The position numbers and the translations under genes are program-made. Positions 36,841 through 50,399 of a stretch of 64,000 nt of DNA are shown in pieces (the stretch's first letter is position 1; each line of letters begins with the position of its first letter). The notes under the pieces were generated by a model. That model was not told where the DNA came from. It worked only from the letters and a program-made list of their open reading frames with translations, and did not search any database. The stretch is from Camelus ferus (taxonomy: Eukaryota). The stretch covers positions 39,742,001 through 39,806,000 of the forward strand of contig NC_045696.1 of NCBI RefSeq assembly GCF_009834535.1, read 5' to 3'.

Positions 36841-38300
36841 GGAGGGACTGTTTCTGCCTCCTCAAGTTATGTCAGCCAAGCTAACGGGTGTCAGGGCTAT
36901 TTCCCGGGGTGATGAGATAAGGTGGCATCCAAACAAACTGTGCCAGAAGAGATGAGAGTTCCAGAGCTCAAAGTTCAAAAAGGCAAATCTATTCTCAGGG
37001 TATAGGGGCAAGCATGGGGCCGAGAACTAGAGATGAAGATAAAAGGGGATAAAAAGATAAAGGCAGAATCTGACCAGGAGGTGAGGAGATAGTATGGGGC
37101 AAAGTGAGGAGGTTGTAAGAAGGCTAGAGTTTTCCTGTAAAAAGTTGTCTAAAGCTCTTTGCAGGGGGTGCCAGTCCTATGGCCTAACAGTTAGTCATTC
37201 TAAGCAGAGAATGGACAATCATCACTCTGGGTTTTGAAACATTAGAAGTTTATTACAGTTGACAAAAGTCGTGTTGGGCATCGACTAGTGCAGTTTTGAG
37301 GAACTGGGAAACCAGATTGGCTCTAGGGCTTTCTCAAAAATTTATTTTTCTCTGAAATGACAGAGTATTTTGGATGACCCCAAATTTTGCATGATCCAAG
37401 TTCTGAATCTTGGAGAAGATTGCAAGATGGAAATGAATTCAAGAAACTTGCCAAGCTGAATCAAAAATTTTAAAGATGGAGAAAACCTAAAACTGAAATC
37501 ATATAATTTAAGAGCAGAAAGGGACCTTGGAAATTTTTTATAGTTCCCCACCTACAGTCTAAGCTGGATTCTCAAAAATAACATTCACTATTATCTTAAA
37601 AGTGTTTGTATATCATCGAGAATATTTCTACATACTTTATAGTACTTAAATTTCCCCTTTTTATAACAATTGATTAGACTCACAGACAAATGTTAACCTT
37701 TGCAAGAATAAGCTACCGTGTATTTTATTATAAATCCTACTGCTGTGATCACATTCATTAAGAAATAAAATAAACTGGGACACTTAGATGTAGATGATGA
37801 TTTTTTTAAAAATCTAGATCTATTGTAAAAATACAAAAAGTCATTTTAAATGATGTCTTGAAGAATTCCAAGGAGAAATGTCTAGCCTTGTTAATAATAC
37901 CATCTAGTTGTATCCTACATATAAGTCGGTATGAAATATTTAAAGTGTAAAATCTCACCTGTTGCCACCAGAGAGAATAGCTGACAGGGCTACAGGAAGT
38001 CACACAGAATCAGTGATGTCTGCCCCCACTGCAGACATTTTCAGGAGGCACTGAAAAGAAATGTTTTACTTCAAGCTGAAGACATTCAATTTGTCTTTGT
38101 AACAGGTTTTTCTTTGCCAAGTTGAGTACCTCCTGGCTCATTTGCCTCACTGTTTTTTCCTACTAGTTTGGGCATAAGAACTATTCTTAAAACCATAATA
38201 CAGAAGGAATCAGAGAGATATAATCTGAAATAAAATCATATTTTTCTCTACACAAAAAATACCAAAGCAGTATCAACACATCCTAAACAATCTACTTTCT

Positions 38301-38476
38301 CTGGAGAATAAATTTTCTGCTCACAAAATATCTGTACATCCCATCTTGTTCGTATTATCGTTCAAGTCATATGATGAACTGTGAAAAGAATGTTACATGC
38401 CAGTGTACCCTGTCCTCATACTGAACAGCTCTGGAGCACACTGCAGCAAAGGTGAGTTTATCATTCCTTGCTTAAA
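38301..38476 (+). repeat. Inverted repeat, left arm (~176 bp)
   Basis: Reverse-complement match to 39881-40051. Manual alignment gives about 6 substitutions and 2 small indels. Confidence 0.95.
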
Positions 38477-39880
38477 ACATGATGCCTATCCTTCCTTTGG
38501 AGGTAGCCAGCTACAGCTTCAATGCTATTAAGTCACTCTTTGCTTCCTCGTTGAGCTACTGTTGGGTGACTTCAAACGTGTACCACTTTTCAATAAGGCC
38601 TCGTATGTTGTACATCTATAGTATCATTCTTTGATTTTTTTATACTAAAAATATGGGAGTAAACTTATAAATCATCAATTCACTGTACAAAGCAGCATGA
38701 CACATTTCAACTGTGCTGACATCAGTGACTAACTTGTTAGGATGGTGCAAAGCTGATGTAAGAAATATTCTTAAAAAAAAAAATTCCTGATCTTGATGTG
38801 TCTGTGTTGATGAATTAGCTAATTTGGGGAAATGGCTCCAAGAAAGTCATATGAGTAACATGCATGCCCACGATGACAGAAATATGTGAATCATTCTATA
38901 ACAGTGGAGCCTGTCCCTCTAGTCTTGCAAACATTCACGGCTGATTTTACATGGGATGAATGAAAACATTTGTGCTTCGCTGTTTGGAGGTAAGAGGTGC
39001 AGATTGCAGTGGAGGGCTTGCCACTACAAGGTTTCCTCATTAGAAATTCTCACTTACTGAACAATTTAGCTACACACGCAGGCTTGAGTTAGACTCCTAG
39101 GGGGTGAATCACATGCAATAATTAGTCAGGATGAACTCTCATAGGAAATGTCTATAGACCACTTGGATTTGCAGAGATGAGAAAAAATGACCCATGTTAA
39201 AATTAGTGGTGAATAAGGAATATGCAAAGGAGGGTATCTTCTGGTGAACGAGAGGCATACTGGGGATATTTAGTCCTCCTGCCTTTGCACTTCATTAAAA
39301 TTGGCTATATCACCATTATAAGGCAAACCTCTATAAAGAAAATACATTAAGCCTGAAAATAAGTTAGTCTCATCTCCAAAAAGGTGGAATGAATTAACTG
39401 ACGTCAATGGTGCTCACATTTGTCCATTGTGAATCCTTGAACTTGTGTGTATTCATCTTATTATAATAACTGAGATAAGAAAAACTGGTGTTTGAAACAC
39501 AAACACCAGCAATTTAAATGCATAGAAAAAGAGGAAAGGGGAATTTGAAACACTTCTGTACAGTCAGAATGAGTGACATATGATCCAATGATGATTTTTT
39601 TTCTAAAATCTTTTTGATTATGGATGTGAATGTTCTGGAAATTCCAAACTGCATTGGCCATCTTTCTTTACTAACTGTCTAGGAATGCAAAAGTTTGGAG
39701 TTTATGAATATTCTGTTTTTGATTTAACACCATATGGAGATTGCTCACAGGAAAATATGATTTAATATTTTTTAAAAATAAAATAGTTAATAAATCCTTG
39801 GAAAACCAATCAGGGACCAGCAGCTAAATCTGGAAGGGTAAGCCATCCTTTGGTAGATCTATACAGCATCATGGAAATAA

Positions 39881-40051
39881 TTTAAGCAAGGAATGATAAA
39901 CTCACCTTTGTTGCAGTGTGCTCCAGAGCTGTTCAGTATGAGGACAGTGTACACTGGCTTGTAACATTCTTTTCACAGTTCATATGACAAACTATAATAC
40001 GAACAAGATGCGATGTACAGATATTTTGTGAGCAGAAAATTTATTCTCCAG
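39881..40051 (-). repeat. Inverted repeat, right arm (~171 bp)
   Basis: Its reverse complement begins ctggagaataaattttctgctcacaaaatatctgtacatc, identical to the sequence starting at 38301. Confidence 0.95.
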
Positions 40052-40059
40052 TTATTTTA

Positions 40060-40310
40060 ATAATGGACATTATTTATGGAGCATTTTCTGTGTGCCAGGC
40101 ACTGCTAAGTGTTTAGCAGGCTGTGTACCAGGCTCTGTGCTAAATACTTCTCATTTAATGATCATAGCAACACTATGAGGCCCATATGGTTATGACTATG
40201 TCATTTTGTAGCTGAAGAAACTGAGGCTATACATGTTTAAGTTAACTTGCTTACAGTCACACAGCAATGATTTTTATCTACATTTGCTTAGCTCTGAAGC
40301 GTATGCATAC
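40060..40310 (-). mobile_element. MIR SINE
   Basis: tgtgtgccaggcactgctaag...ctcatttaatgatcatagcaacactatgagg...gaagaaactgaggct. Confidence 0.7.
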
Positions 40311-43300
40311 CTCAACATTATAGAAATTAGAGCAATAAAACTCCTTATTTATTAAAAGCAAACAAATCTCTTCAGTAGAATTATTTAAAGGTAGCAAAGT
40401 ATGATTCTAGAGCAGTGCTGCTCATTCACTGCACAACATCACTATTCTTGGAAATGACATTCAACACAGAGTATAGTTACTTATTAATAAGACTTATAAA
40501 GTTATTTCATAACTTCTCCACTCCAATTTCTCCTCCTTACACTTATATCATCACCCTCATCAACATTATACATTCTTGGCTTTAGAAATCATGTAGTTCA
40601 ACTTTCCTGAAGTTTTAATTCTCTTTTTAACGTCCCCACCTAGTGCTTGAAATCCCACCATAAGGAAAATCTTTTCTGTACTGGTGCTGTCGATTCTACT
40701 TTTGGACTGCTCTGACAAACAGAAAGTTTCTCATATTAAAGTTAAAATTACTTTTCTGTGAGTTTCACCCACTATTCCTAGTATAACCCCATGATTTCAC
40801 AGAGAGAGTCATTCTCATTCTCAGAATGCATTTGCTAGGTAGGCTAGGTATAATCCATATAGAGTAAGGTGCTTGTTAAATAAATATGGTAAAATCTCAT
40901 GATTTTATACTACTGGTAAGTGGGAAGAAGATCGGAGGGGGAGGCGAGGAGAGGGGAGCAAAGGAGAAAGAGTTGACGAGGTTTTGATAGACAGTTTTGA
41001 AATGAACACAATGCTATTCTTTCATGAAGATTCAGCCTACAAGTGGCTGACAACAGAAGCCCACCAGGTTCCTCAGATACATCAATAGGTCTAAAATTTT
41101 CAACTAGTAATTTTTTGCAAATGATGCTACCATGTGCTTGCTTAAAGACAGCTTTCTCAAGAGGCTGCTCCTTTTCTTGTTGGATTATTGTTAACATTAA
41201 TTTTTTGGCAAACTTTTTTTCATAGATGCTACACATAGAACATTGGTCACTTTTAGGACTGATTATTTCCAAATTCTGAGTTAATGGGATCTGATATTTC
41301 ACCGAAAAGTTAGAAAATATTCTCATGCTGTTATTATTCTTTCTGGGGTATATTAATTGTCTACACAATCTGGCTTCACTTATACTGTCTCAGTTTTTGA
41401 AGCTTGGTACTTATGATGCTCACACTGTAGTAATAGTACCTAACACAGAGTTAAGTGCATAGTAAATATTCATTAATACTTGTTGAACACAATGAAGTTG
41501 AATTAAATCAAGTAATCAGTCAATTTTTGACTGGATTAGTTGACCTTATAGGATTGAAGAAAAATGTTTCAAAGTCTGAATTATGTTTTAATTTTAGCTA
41601 GACATCGCACAAGGACCTAAAAGCAACACAGAAGATTGGAACAGTTCAGTGAAGGCCACTGCTTCAACAAGAAACAAGTCATGTGAAAAGGTGATACGGA
41701 AATAGCATTAACTTTTGAAACCTGACAGGAGTTAAGCTGCTAAAAGTCAAATAGGTAGTGAGTAACTTAACTTCTTTGAGCCTCCATTTTTTTAATCTAT
41801 AAAATTATGACAAAAATATTTTAATCCAGTGACTAGTGGGCTCCTTAAATTAATTACGAAAAATTACTAAGCAGTACGTGTACCATCATTTTATTTTGTG
41901 GGATTAAATAAGTGCATGGAAACAGTTCTGGAAGGACCCAGAGTACACCAGAGAGGGGGACAGTGGATGCCCTTGTTCAGGCGTCCGCTTAGATTAACAT
42001 GACATTAAACAAATATTTATTGCATTTATAAAATGTGGCTTTTTGGATACTAATGTTCCAACTTTCCACTACTAAAAACAGTTTAAAGCAGGAATAATTG
42101 TCTGAAAGTCAACTGGAAATTAAAAACAAAAAAGTGTGAACCTCGCTAGTTCCCACTCCAGCCAGATTCTGAAAAGCAGATGAAAAGGAGCAAAGGAAGG
42201 CAAATTCACCAAAGTTTACAATGAACAGGATGCCAAACACTGAAGGTCTCCATTTATTTCTTAGAAGTCATTACTAAAATTAAATTATAATGTTGGCCAT
42301 CTTGCTTGTACTTAAAATGTTTGGGGGAAAAAATGATTTCTAGCCAAATTATCTAAGATTTTTGTCAAAACTGTCTAGTGTTTATAACTTTGTGAAACTT
42401 TTTGATCTAGTTGTTTAGAAGTCATAAAAGCTCTTGGTTAGACTCTGGAAAAGATGGTCTTTCCAATTACAGGGAATGTCAAGAGTATCCTTAGGGCTGA
42501 TAACAGAACTTTGAGTCAGAGGCAGCAGAATGCAGAAATATGCAGAAGCATTTAACACTGCCCTCAGGAAATGCTGGGAAGTCTCTTTCCCTGGTAAAAG
42601 TGGTGGCATGCGGGATCGTCCCTCCACCAGTAAAAAGATCGATGCTTGGGTAGATGCTACTGTGTGGAGCTGTACAGACCTGGTACTCTGGGAACCTTTG
42701 GCCTGAGGGCTCTTTCAGCAGAGGACCTCACATACCAATGACATCAAACATGGGGTGTTTTACAAACAGTCATATTAGCTTGCTGGTTAAATTTACCTTA
42801 TTAGAAATTTATTTTTATTTGAAAATTCCAATTTGATCATTTATGTTAACAAGATGAACAGTGACTGCCTGCAGAGGGGTGGTTTATTAATGCAATAGAT
42901 GTAACAAAGAGGCATTTGATCAACTAGTAGGTATTACTAGAGATGGTCAGATAATATCAAGGGAAAAAGGAGATTTTGTTGAGAAAATGCAGAATTTGTC
43001 AGAAGGATCAACTGACATCAGGACCCCACAATGAAAGTAGAGAGAAACAGGAAGTTGGAGGGCAGTAGGGTGTCAGGAATCCAGAGACAGAGGCTAGGCT
43101 GCCCCTTACTTGAGTTGTGATGTCAGATGAGTCATTTAACTTCATTGGTCCCAGGTTTTCTTATTTCTTAAATATGATTAATAATAACAGCTGTTTCCCC
43201 TACTGATGGTAGGAGTGAATCTGGTAAAACAGGGTTCTCTCAGGATGTAAATGCCACTCATCCTGAGACACGAATTGGAACACAGAAGGGGAAATTTCTC

Positions 43301-44049
43301 CGCATTCAGAGTTAGGTAACGCAGGTGGAGAGAGAGCAGACAGGGAGAGAGGGCCCATGCAGTGGAGACCTCTTTGGAGCTAGACACCCTGGCCCTAGAG
43401 ATTAGCAGTAAGGAAGATCTGTGAGTGTTAGTTAAAAGAGCTTTGGGAACTAAATTGTTGAAACATTGAGAGTTCCAACCTATAGTAGCATCAGCTTGGT
43501 CATATTACTCAGGAGAGACTTCTTTTTTCACTCCAAGCCTGGAGAATCCACTTCTAAATCCCCTGTGTTCCAACAGCAAGAGTAGAAACCAGTGAAACTC
43601 CTCAGTTATCTGATAGTATTTCCTGATTTCTCTCCATTAGATGATAGTAACCAAGTTGCTTGACTTCTTAAATTGCAAAAGAATCCATCTCTTGGAGTTA
43701 TCACAGGAAGGGAGACCCTGAGAAGAGAAAAGGGACATTCTTGCAAGAAGTGGGAGGGGGGCTCACAATCATTTCATTAGAATATTAAAGTGAGTGGCCC
43801 CCATTTTGAAGTTATAAATATATATGTGTGTGCACAAATGTGTTGTGCTTTGGAAACTCTAAAACATATAACAACTCTTTACATAGTTTTTTGACTATAT
43901 TATCCCAAGAAGTGAAAAACTTGGAAGTTGGGAGTAACATATGGAGGATACAGATGATGAAAACAGTAGTGAAGTGCAGACTAGAAGAAGCCCCTGAAAT
44001 AGAGGGATTTCATTTATTTCAAGAAAGGGTATTTGAGAGAAGGAAGCTA

Positions 44050-44220
44050 TTATGAACTGAATTGTGTTCTTCCCCTCTCCAAATTCATATGTTGAAGCCT
44101 TAACACCTGATGTGACCATATTTGGAAGTAAGGACTTTAAGAAGGGAATTAATGACAAATGAGATCATGAGTGGGCCCCAATCCTATAAAAGGAAGAGAC
44201 AACAGAGCTGTCTTTCTCTC
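44050..44220 (+). mobile_element. MaLR LTR 5' part (MLT1A/B-like), running into the assembly gap
   Basis: tatgaactgaattgtg...ccaaattcatatgttgaagccttaacacc...gtgaccatatttgga...gagatcatgagtgggcccc...cttataaaaggaagaga-like segment. Confidence 0.8.
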
Positions 44221-44440
44221 NNNNNNNNNNNNNNNNNNNNNNNNNNNNNNNNNNNNNNNNNNNNNNNNNNNNNNNNNNNNNNNNNNNNNNNNNNNNNNNN
44301 NNNNNNNNNNNNNNNNNNNNNNNNNNNNNNNNNNNNNNNNNNNNNNNNNNNNNNNNNNNNNNNNNNNNNNNNNNNNNNNNNNNNNNNNNNNNNNNNNNNN
44401 NNNNNNNNNNNNNNNNNNNNNNNNNNNNNNNNNNNNNNNN
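44221..44440. other. Assembly gap (220 N)
   Basis: Run of N. Confidence 1.
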
Positions 44441-44629
44441 GGATGGCACCAAGACCAATTGATGATAATCACGGCCAAAGGAAAAGTAGCACACCTGACA
44501 GTCCTTGATGAAGTATCACCAGAGTGATGGATTGACTGGAAGAAGCAGAGCACTGTAATTCATGGATACAGTGAATTATGGAGGCAGTAACAGCAGCAGC
44601 AAAATTATCACTAGAGTAGAGAGGCTGCC

Positions 44630-44860
44630 CAACAGTGCGGGTGTGTGGTGGCTGATGCCAGATGGTCTGGACTCAAAGCCTGCCTCTGGCACTTGTTAGT
44701 TGTATGACCTTACGCAAGTTACTTGAAGGAATTTTTTTCTTCATCTATAAGATGGGATAATTATAATATACCTACTATGAAGGTTTATTGCAAGGATCAA
44801 CTGTTTGACCACATGTAAAGTGATTACATTAATGCCTGAGTATTATCAGCATTGTTATTA
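44630..44860 (+). mobile_element. MIR SINE
   Basis: ggcacttgttagttgtatgaccttacgcaagttactt...tcatctataagatgggataattataat. Confidence 0.75.
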
Positions 44861-46048
44861 ATAAGAATAAAAATATTATAATGGATGCACTTTTCAGAGC
44901 AAAGTATTCTTCTCTCCTCTCTCAGAGACTGACCATAAGAGTCGTAACTACTAACTACCCTAGAAGGCACTTAGCCCCTCAATCACATAATTCTCACTTT
45001 CATGTAATAAACTGGAAATCCTACAACTAGGTTTTTATATACCATAAAGACACTTTTCACTTTTGTGTTCAAATTAAAACAATTAAAAGATATATAAACC
45101 CACTGTCCTTTACATAAGGATATGAATCAGCAGATTTGCTCCCTAAACAGCCAGCAAAAGAACTCCAGCGAAGAGGGGTGTAATGGTTTTTACATTCCTT
45201 GTAAATTAACATCAAGTCTTATTATTTACCTTCTAGGGGATGCCTTATTCCCAATATTGCAATTCCTTATGTCTTCTTAGTGACATAAAACCTGTGTCCT
45301 ATCTCTGATTTTACAATTCTTTTTGTCTCAGTGTCATAAAACCTTGTGGCCTAGCCAAAGAGTGATTTGGGTAAATCAGTAGCAGGGAAAAGGACATTCT
45401 CTGACATCCCAAAACTGGGGTGGACTTACAGGAGACGTGAATCCTGTAGCAAAGGGGTGATTCATACCTTTCCTTTGGGACTCATTCAACTCAGTCTCAC
45501 GAGAATCCTTGGTGCCATAATTCCTGAAAAGATTAATCTAATGAGTGTATGTACTGGGCAGTAGTGGAATTTGTACACCAATATGTACAGTGTAGGCTTC
45601 CAGAAAAATTCAAAGCCCAAGTATTATAATAAGATTAGAAAGCAGGACCAAATGATGGAGAAAGTTTTGCTTCTTATTCAGAAAACTTGTCATGTTAGCA
45701 CTAGAGTCATTAAGCTTGGTTAGTTTGGTCTCATCAGCTAAACTGTATTCTCCTTCGAGATGAATTTCCTAGTGAAATAGTTCATGTTGATCATTATAGA
45801 ATGAAGACGGCTTTTATCCCATCCTAACAATCTTATAAAGAAACCCCTCTCTGACAGCTTCCCATTGCCAGGCTAGTGAAACTGCCTGAGTTTATGGTTA
45901 AAAATGACCCAGGATTAACTTGGTTGGTTTTGGCATAAAAAACCCTCCTACTTTTTCTAAGTCTCAATTACTGGGTTTGGCAAAGACCTGGTTCATGATT
46001 CTATCCTAAAACATCTATCTTGTGCCTGGCATTTAGATGTATCCAGTG

Positions 46049-46089
46049 AAGGAGGAGGAGGAGAAGGAGAAGAAGAAGAAGGAGAAGAA
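46049..46089 (+). repeat. Imperfect (GGA)/(GAA) purine triplet repeat followed by an AT-rich tract
   Basis: gaaggaggaggaggagaaggaagaagaagaaggagaagaa. Confidence 0.85.
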
Positions 46090-49000
46090 TTTTATTTTAA
46101 GTAATTATTTAAACAAATAAATAACATTTAAATAAGTTTTAATTTATATATAAAATATTACTAATAAAATAAATAATAGTTTTACTTTAAATAATTTAAA
46201 GGTCATTTATAATGCAGTCTTCCTGTGGGAAAATGTTATTTTTTTTTCTTTACTTGGGGAAAAGACATTTTCTCCAGTTGGGCAGTATATCAGAAACACT
46301 ATCATTTTGAATATTAGGAAATAAAGTGAACGATTTTCCAGAGATTCATTTACATACTAGAATAATGTAAAGTGAAAAGGAACTTTGACAAATAGCCATA
46401 ACCTTTACATTTTTTATTTCTTAGTCTTTGCTCCCTAATATATTTTCAACCATTTACTGTGCTGTTCTGTTTGGTTATTCAATATGTCTGAGCAAAACTC
46501 AATGGCCCACATGCTGAATTTGAATTCTCTGCAGTTTTCAATGAACTGTCATCCTCCTGGGCAGCCACATTTGAGGACTTAGCAATATCTTTGACCAACT
46601 TCCCAATTTTTGTTCAAATCATCCAAAAAAATCAGTGATATTGACATTCATTCTTTGAAATAACATATCTATTCATTATGCTCATTCCTTCCTTTCCTTT
46701 GCTTTATCACAACCCTGAATATTTTCAGATGCATTTTCAGATGCATTTCCCTTAACTCACTATTATATAATTTTTTTCCTCAATTGTCTTCAGTGATGCA
46801 TTCTTTAGACTGCAAGCAAGCCCTTAAACCGAGGAATTATTGTATTTCCATGAGTCTAAGGGCTCATTATTTAGTAACATTTCTTCAGGAAAAAAACACA
46901 CAGCTGAAAAGTTAAGATAAATTCTAATTTCAGAAATATTAAAAATTGGGAGAAAACATGCATCTAAGAGCCAAGGACATATGGCACTCCCTTCACCTCT
47001 GTAACTCTAGAAACTAGCCCAGTACCTATTATATAGTAAGTATTACTATTTGTTTGATTATTTCTTTTTGATTGTTACTACTATTAATACTACTAAGTAA
47101 ACATTAATTGATGAAAAATAAAACATTATCATTTCAAATTGATATGGGAAGTCTTTGGTTCTCAGCTTTATTCTGCCCCATCTTTAAACCTATTTGCTCT
47201 TCAGTGTCTCTAGTTTCTTTACTTTCCTGATCATGCAAATTCCTTCCTCCAAACCTTTTTTTTTTTTTTTCCCCCTCTTCTTTTAGGTGATCTCTGCTTT
47301 CCAAACTGGAGTAATGTCACACCTATCTTTCTGTCCTCTCAGTTCTGAAATCTTACATTTGATTATCAGTAGTTTGGCATTTGGTACAGTTATTAAACAG
47401 ATAAAATTTAACTTTTAAAACAGATAAAAAAACAATTATCCTAACGGCTGGCGCCACAACTTCACTTACTGAAGGTAGGGAACTGTATGTGTTCAAGAAA
47501 ATGTCCTCATGAATGTGAAAAGAGGGGCTCCTGTGAAGAGTTTAGAAGAAAAGGCAAAATAAAAAGAAGACGGAAATGCCCTGCATAAGAAAACAGAAAC
47601 AGTATGAACTTAACTTTTTTTTGTTGGCTTTGGGAAAGAAGGAGTAAAAGTAGAGAAAGGTAGGGCAAGTAAGCAAGAAGCTGAAGGGAAGGCAAGAGAT
47701 TGTAGATTGAAGCAAAGTTGATGGAAACAGCCAAGGGACTTTGAAAATATTAGTAAATATATATAATATTCTGTTATTTTCTTTTAGCATTGCTGTCACC
47801 TTAACCCATTAGTATATTCTGCAACATGCACAAAGACATTGTGTGTGGGGGAGTTAATTTTGCAAAAATCACATAGACGCAACGTCTGGGTTATCTGGGT
47901 GGAATAGAGACAACATATGTAAACCCGCAAGAGGGTCCATAAATTGAAATAGTAGGAAAAGGAGCCTGAAGCAAATGTAAGCAGGAAAGCCATTCCGCCT
48001 GCACTCACCATGCTGCCATGGAGATGAGTTACATCTGTCTCCTTTCTGCTCCTGTAAGATCCTTATTAGCAGACACCTTGACTTTCTTCATTTTGTACCT
48101 CCTGTTTTGCCAATACAGTATGAAACTCATAATATATATTCAAAAAAAAAAACCAAAACAAAACCATTGATTTGGACAATTTGACCATTTTCATTGATGC
48201 AGAAAGACAATTCCAATACACAGAGCATCTGAAGGTTCAGTGTGAGTTTACGTATCTGTCCTGAACTCTATCACTAGAGACATCTCTCAGGTACCTGATT
48301 TTCCAATATGTATTTAAATCTTTGTTCAGGATGATTATTTCCTGTCACTTCATGGAAACTAATAGGATAGCTATAAGTAATTGAAAAAGAATATAGTTGA
48401 GAGAATAGAGTAAGTAATGATCTTGGTGACTTACATGGGCAGGAAAAAACATTTACCTTGAGAAAAACCCAGATGGGTAATTTTACTTAACACTCATTCA
48501 TGTCTTGTTCAACATAGTTCAGTATCATTTTTCACTAGTTTGATACCATTTAGCCTGTAGTTACTTTTTTTTTGAAGGGATCATGTGGGAGTTGTTTTGC
48601 TGAGTGTCTCCAAGGAGCAGTTTATAAGAAAAGCTGTAAGACTAATGAATATGAACTTCTTCCAGTGATGTGAATAGATAGGAACTATGTGAACAGACCT
48701 ATAAAGAATGCAGTACTGGTTCATTTAAGCCCAGACTCTCCCAGTGCTTACAGCGAGAATTCAAGGGACACATAAATCTATTGGAGCAATTTAGGCTAGA
48801 GCTCTATAATTCATTCAATAAATAATATTCATCATCTGCTACATGGGAAGCCTGGTACTGGGCACTGAGTAGAAAGCACATATGAAGAAAATATAATCCT
48901 ATATTTAAGGGTTTTATAATCTAAAATTAAAATCTCATTTATAATCTAGGCGTTGAATTAACATTATCACAAAGAGCCCTAAGAGAAGGTGAAATAATGA

Positions 49001-49424
49001 GTTAACAGGGTTCAAAGGAGCACATATCATTTTTTTTTTTTTTTGGTTTGATTTGGGGACATGAATTTTGAGCTGAACCTTGAAGTTGGGTTGGATTTAA
49101 CAGGTGGGCACAGCGAGGAAGAGAAAGTGGAGGGGGATCCCAGGTGGAGTGAATGACATCTGCTTACCTCCAAAATTCTCTCTTCAGTTTGTTTCTAAAC
49201 ATCACTGCAATTGAATTCATCAGTACTCTTGTTATGTCTGGCTTGCTCTATGGCAAAAGACCTTGATAGGTCTTCCTGTCTCCAGTCGTGCCCCTTCTAA
49301 TTTATCCTCCAAAATTCATTGTCTCATATGTTACTTGACTACTAAAAAACATTGTGTTTCTCATTACATACTTAAAAAATAAAGTCCATATACAAGGCCC
49401 TTTATAATCTGGCCCAATTCTACC

Positions 49425-49622
49425 ACTCATGTCCTCCACGGAACATTTAACAATGTATGAAGACATTTCTGGTTATTGCAATTCAAGGGAGGGTGCTTCT
49501 AGCATCTGCTGGGAGAGGGCAGGGATAACGCTAAACATCCTACAAAGCACAGGACAGTCTCCCACAACAGAGAATTATCTGGCCCAAAATGTCAATAGTG
49601 CGAGCTTGAAAACCCCGAGTTT
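49425..49622 (+). mobile_element. MER20 hAT-Charlie MITE
   Basis: gaacatttaacaatgtatgaagacatttctggtt...gctaaacatcctacaaagcacaggacag...gaattatctggcccaaaatgtcaatagtgc. Confidence 0.88.
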
Positions 49623-50399
49623 ACAAAATGCAATTCAGTTGTGTAGTGAAAAAGCTCAAACCATTTAAGATATGAAGAACTTAGCTCTTTCTCTGCATCA
49701 CTGAAGCAGTGATGAGTGAATGACATCATAGAGAAGTCTGACCATCAAGTCCAGGTGTGGCTCCTCTTGTTTGGGCACTTAAGAACCATCAAGACAGGTT
49801 TTCGCCCTCTCTCCCTACTCTCTAATAGATAACAATGGAAAAGAAGGACACACTGATTTGGGGAGGGAAGAATGGAGACAGCCAGCAGTCACTGGGCAGT
49901 GGAAGTTCTGAAATCCCACTGAGTGGACACTGTGAGTACCTGGGGTGAAACAGCATCCTGAATTCACTGGGCTGTGGTCCTGTTCTCCAGAGGAATCTCT
50001 TTGTCTAGAGGTCGTTGCAGGATGTGTCCTTTCCTCTTTATTCTTAGGTGGATCTGAAATGGGCACTGGGAACATATTCCCTCCTTGGAGGCTGAATAGC
50101 TCTCTCAGTATATTCTCATCAAGGAAGCTTGGAGGTTTTCAGTCAAATACTCTTTTGGTCAGAGTTCCTGATTCTTTGGCAATTTATTCCGTTAAGAGTA
50201 GGCTTCTGATCTAGTTCATGTACCAGTAACCTCACTGAGAACCTAGTTCTCAGTCTGGTTTCTTTCTGTGCTTCCTCATTTCCCCAAGCCTTACTTTATC
50301 CAGACTAACTGAGGGCTATTGAGTTTAAATGGGAAGGTTGCCCCTTTAATTTAGAAGTACTTTTTAACCTAGAAGCACTTTGATCAACGAGGAGTTTTT

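Noticed and set aside
38301-40051. Autonomous DNA transposon with long TIRs
   Set aside because: No TSD, no transposase-like ORF in the spacer and no TIR family I recognise. Kept as an unexplained inverted repeat, pending a Dfam search.
40910-41368. 152-aa minus-strand ORF in AT-rich DNA
   Set aside because: Non-ATG start, no recognisable domain and no convincing exon structure; an ORF this long is plausible by chance in 64 kb.
44122-44553. ORFs spanning the N run
   Set aside because: Artefacts of translating the assembly gap.
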